Shown piece by piece: positions 61,601-64,000 of a stretch of 64,000 bases of DNA. Every line of letters starts with the position of its first letter. Within the stretch, counting starts at the first letter, position 1. This DNA is from Anthoceros angustus. Its lineage: Eukaryota; Plantae; Anthocerotophyta. The stretch covers positions 1 to 64,000 of the forward strand of contig MU008160.1 in the NCBI GenBank assembly GCA_010909165.1, given 5' to 3'. The notes below the pieces were generated by a model. It was not told where the DNA came from. It saw only the letters and a list, made by a program, of their open reading frames with translations, and did not search any database. Made by a program: the position numbers and the translations under genes.

Positions 61601-61640
61601 GTTGTTGTTGTTGTTGTTGTTGTTGTTATTATTGTTGTTG
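61601..61640 (+). repeat. (GTT)n microsatellite
   Basis: gttgttgtt... with two att interruptions. Confidence 0.95.
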
Positions 61641-61705
61641 TGCTCGCGCACACGAGGATGGGTGGTCGAATCCCGTCTCCTCCGCGGGATTTTACGATTT
61701 TGGAA

Positions 61706-62050
61706 GCCTTTGTCCAAGCTAGCATTTGTGCACCTGATGTCATTTACTTAAGTGTCATTTACTACTTGTTTTACCTTGTAGAACAACCACGGCACCACCT
61801 CTATGTCTTTATTTTTTCATTGCCTTTGTCCAAGCTAGCATTTATGCACCTGATGTCATTTACTTATGTGTCATTTACTACTTGTTTTACCTTTAGAACA
61901 ACCACTGCACCACCTCTATGTCTTTATTTTTCATTGCCTTTGTCCAAGCTAGCATTTATGCACCTGATGTCATTTACTTATGTGTCATTTACTACTTGTT
62001 TTACCTTTAGAACAACCACTGCACCACCTCTATGTCTTTATTTCTTCATT
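61706..62050 (+). repeat. Tandem repeat, ~115-bp unit x3; further mosaic repeats continue to ~62340
   Basis: gcctttgtccaagctagcattt starts at 61706, 61822 and 61936. Confidence 0.9.
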
Positions 62051-62439
62051 ACGGTATTACCTCTCTGTCCTTACTTTTTAACTATGGTGAATAAGCCCGA
62101 TACCACTTCACGCCCGCAAGTGCGGCCTATCATACATGACACTTTTCAATTATAAAATAAGTACCACCTTTATGTCCTTGTTTTATGGCCCATCATACAT
62201 GTCACTTTTCAATTATAAAATAAGCACCACCTCTATGTCCTTGTTTTTTCACTATGGTGAATAAGCACGGCACCACCTTCACGTCCACAAGTGCGGCCCA
62301 TCATACATGATACTTTTCAATTGTAGATAAGTACCACTCTGGTTTTTTCTATTGTAGAACAAGCACGGCACCACAACACGACCTCCATTCTGTGCATATA
62401 AATGTCACAATGCAATTGTCCGTGGATGGATCCTATGCA

Positions 62440-62760
62440 CACTTGGTGATGGAAATATCATTGATATGCCATATGTTGGCATAATGCCAAAAATTTTAAA
62501 GGTTGACTCTGGGTATCAACACCTGGAATGTTTTTGAAGGTCAAGTGGTTCAAACCAGTTTATAATGAAGATGCAAAGGATCGTCAAGGGCTTGAAGATA
62601 GACACATCCTAATGCATATAGTGAACCCCAAATCTTTTGTATTCTCTACAAGAGTCAAGATGAACCCTTTACCCTTGTGTCACCAAACTAGTTTAGACTT
62701 TTCTATGACAATCGATGGTTGCCTGGATTGGTGCATGAGGAAAATGATTTTTTAGAAGGA
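62440..62760 (+). mobile_element. CACTA/En-Spm-like transposase C-terminal (DUF4216-like) remnant
   Basis: MPYVGIMPKILKVDSG..MFLKVKWFKPV...KSQDEPFTL resembles the DUF4216 pattern YYG.I.EI..LDY...LFKC.W...EPFIL. Confidence 0.55.
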
Positions 62761-64000
62761 ATAAGTACATTTTGTTAGTGGTTCCAGCTTTTAATAGCTT
62801 GTTCATGTAACCCATAAACTCTCTTTCACTTGATCTCTTGTAAAATGTTTGTTTAAAACCTTAAAGTTCCTTAGTTAAGAAAAAGAAAGTGTTGTAAAAG
62901 GACGCAACATTGCACTAGAAAACTATGTCCCACGATTTACAACGTGGTTTAGAATTGAAACTTTTTACCGATACTTGTTATAAAATGAATAATTTTACAA
63001 CATCTATATTTTACAATGCAAGTTATAAGGAGAAAAGCTCCTAAAGAGTGTCACGTTGTCAAAATACCCCACATTGTAAAACATCAAACCCATGTTGTAA
63101 AGTATTAAACCCTATATAAAATAATACATGAGCTGAAAACCACGTTGTAAAACGAATAGACGATAAAACCCCGCCTCTAGTTTTGAAGTAGTAAGTGTTG
63201 AGTTTCCCAGCCATTAATGGCTGGGAGAACATGTGTAGCTAGCGGAGGTGACTCCCCATTCATCCCCTGCACCAACGCCAAGAAAAGATATTCGTGAGGC
63301 AAAGGGAGAAGGGTCGAGGGAGGTACATCTTCCCAAAGAATGTGGGAAATGAGGAGGGCCTCGTTAAAGATGACATCACAAGCAAAGACGAGACGTGAGA
63401 GTCCTTCAAGTATATCCGATAGGCCTTGACGCCTTGCCATAGCCGAGGAGAATGGCTTCCTTGGACTTGAATTGAGCTCGCCGCAAGGGCTTGAAGATAG
63501 ACACATCCTAATGCATATAGTGAACCCCAAATCTTTGTATTCTCTACAAGAGTCAAGATGAACCCTTTACCCTCAGGTCACTCAAACTAGTTTAGACTTT
63601 TCTATGACAATCGATGGTTGTCGGATTGGTGCATGAGGAAAATGATTTTTTAGAAGGAATAAGTACATTTTGTTAGTGGTTCCAGCTTTTAATAGCTTGT
63701 TCATGTAACCCATAAACTCTCTTTCGCTTGATCTCTTGTAAAATGGTTTAAAACCTTAAAGTTCCTTAGTTAAGAAAAAGAAAGTGTTGTAAAAGGACGC
63801 AACATTGCACTAGAAAACTATGTCCCACGATTTACAACGTGGTTTAGAATTGAAACTTTTTACCGATACTTGTTATAAAATGAATAATTTTACAACATCT
63901 ATATTTTACAATGTTATAAGGAGAAAAGCTCCTAAAGAGTGTCACGCTGTCAAAATACCCCACATTGTAAAACATCAAACCCATGTTGTAAAGTATTAAA
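62585..64000 (+). repeat. Direct repeat of ~520 bp (62585-63109 and 63484-64000), offset 899 bp, rich in TTGTAAAA motifs
   Basis: caagggcttgaagatagacacatcc...catgttgtaaagtattaaa is present twice, nearly identical. Confidence 0.92.

Noticed and set aside
61277-62155. 292-aa hydrophobic ORF
   Set aside because: Produced by the GTT microsatellite and the T-rich 115-bp tandem repeat; no domain signal.
61706-62340. CRISPR-like array
   Set aside because: Units are whole tandem copies without unique spacers, in eukaryotic DNA with no cas genes.
1-64000. Frameshifts in nearly every gene as evidence of pseudogenisation or programmed frameshifting
   Set aside because: They occur in bacterial and plant parts alike, mostly in homopolymers; germin copies 1 and 2 lose the same C of a CCCCC run. 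This fits long-read error.

Overview
The window has two unrelated parts. Bases 1 to ~8700 are GC-rich bacterial DNA that looks like a Planctomycete. They carry a small lipoprotein, a secreted Kelch protein, a membrane protein, two tandem HAF-repeat proteins sharing a very Tyr-rich C-terminal domain, three VOC/glyoxalase genes, two REP-like inverted repeats, and the truncated 3' part of a cupredoxin plus cytochrome c protein. At ~8700 the composition switches abruptly to land-plant nuclear DNA; a non-seed plant is my inference. The plant part starts with three germin-like genes that all lack the third Mn-binding His. A nest of transposons follows: a full Ty3/gypsy element with ~4.4-kb LTRs that themselves contain an ORF, a Sola-like DDD transposase, a full Ty1/copia element with extra ORFs, a ~10-kb element-like block, and a CACTA-like (DUF4216) remnant with tandem repeats. 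The ~10-kb block carries two accessory ORFs and an intron-containing beta-class N6-adenine/N4-cytosine DNA methyltransferase gene, which is the top finding. Single-base indels, mostly in homopolymers, break almost every gene in both parts and look like uncorrected long-read error. Proteins were therefore reconstructed by eye across frameshifts, and no database search was run.
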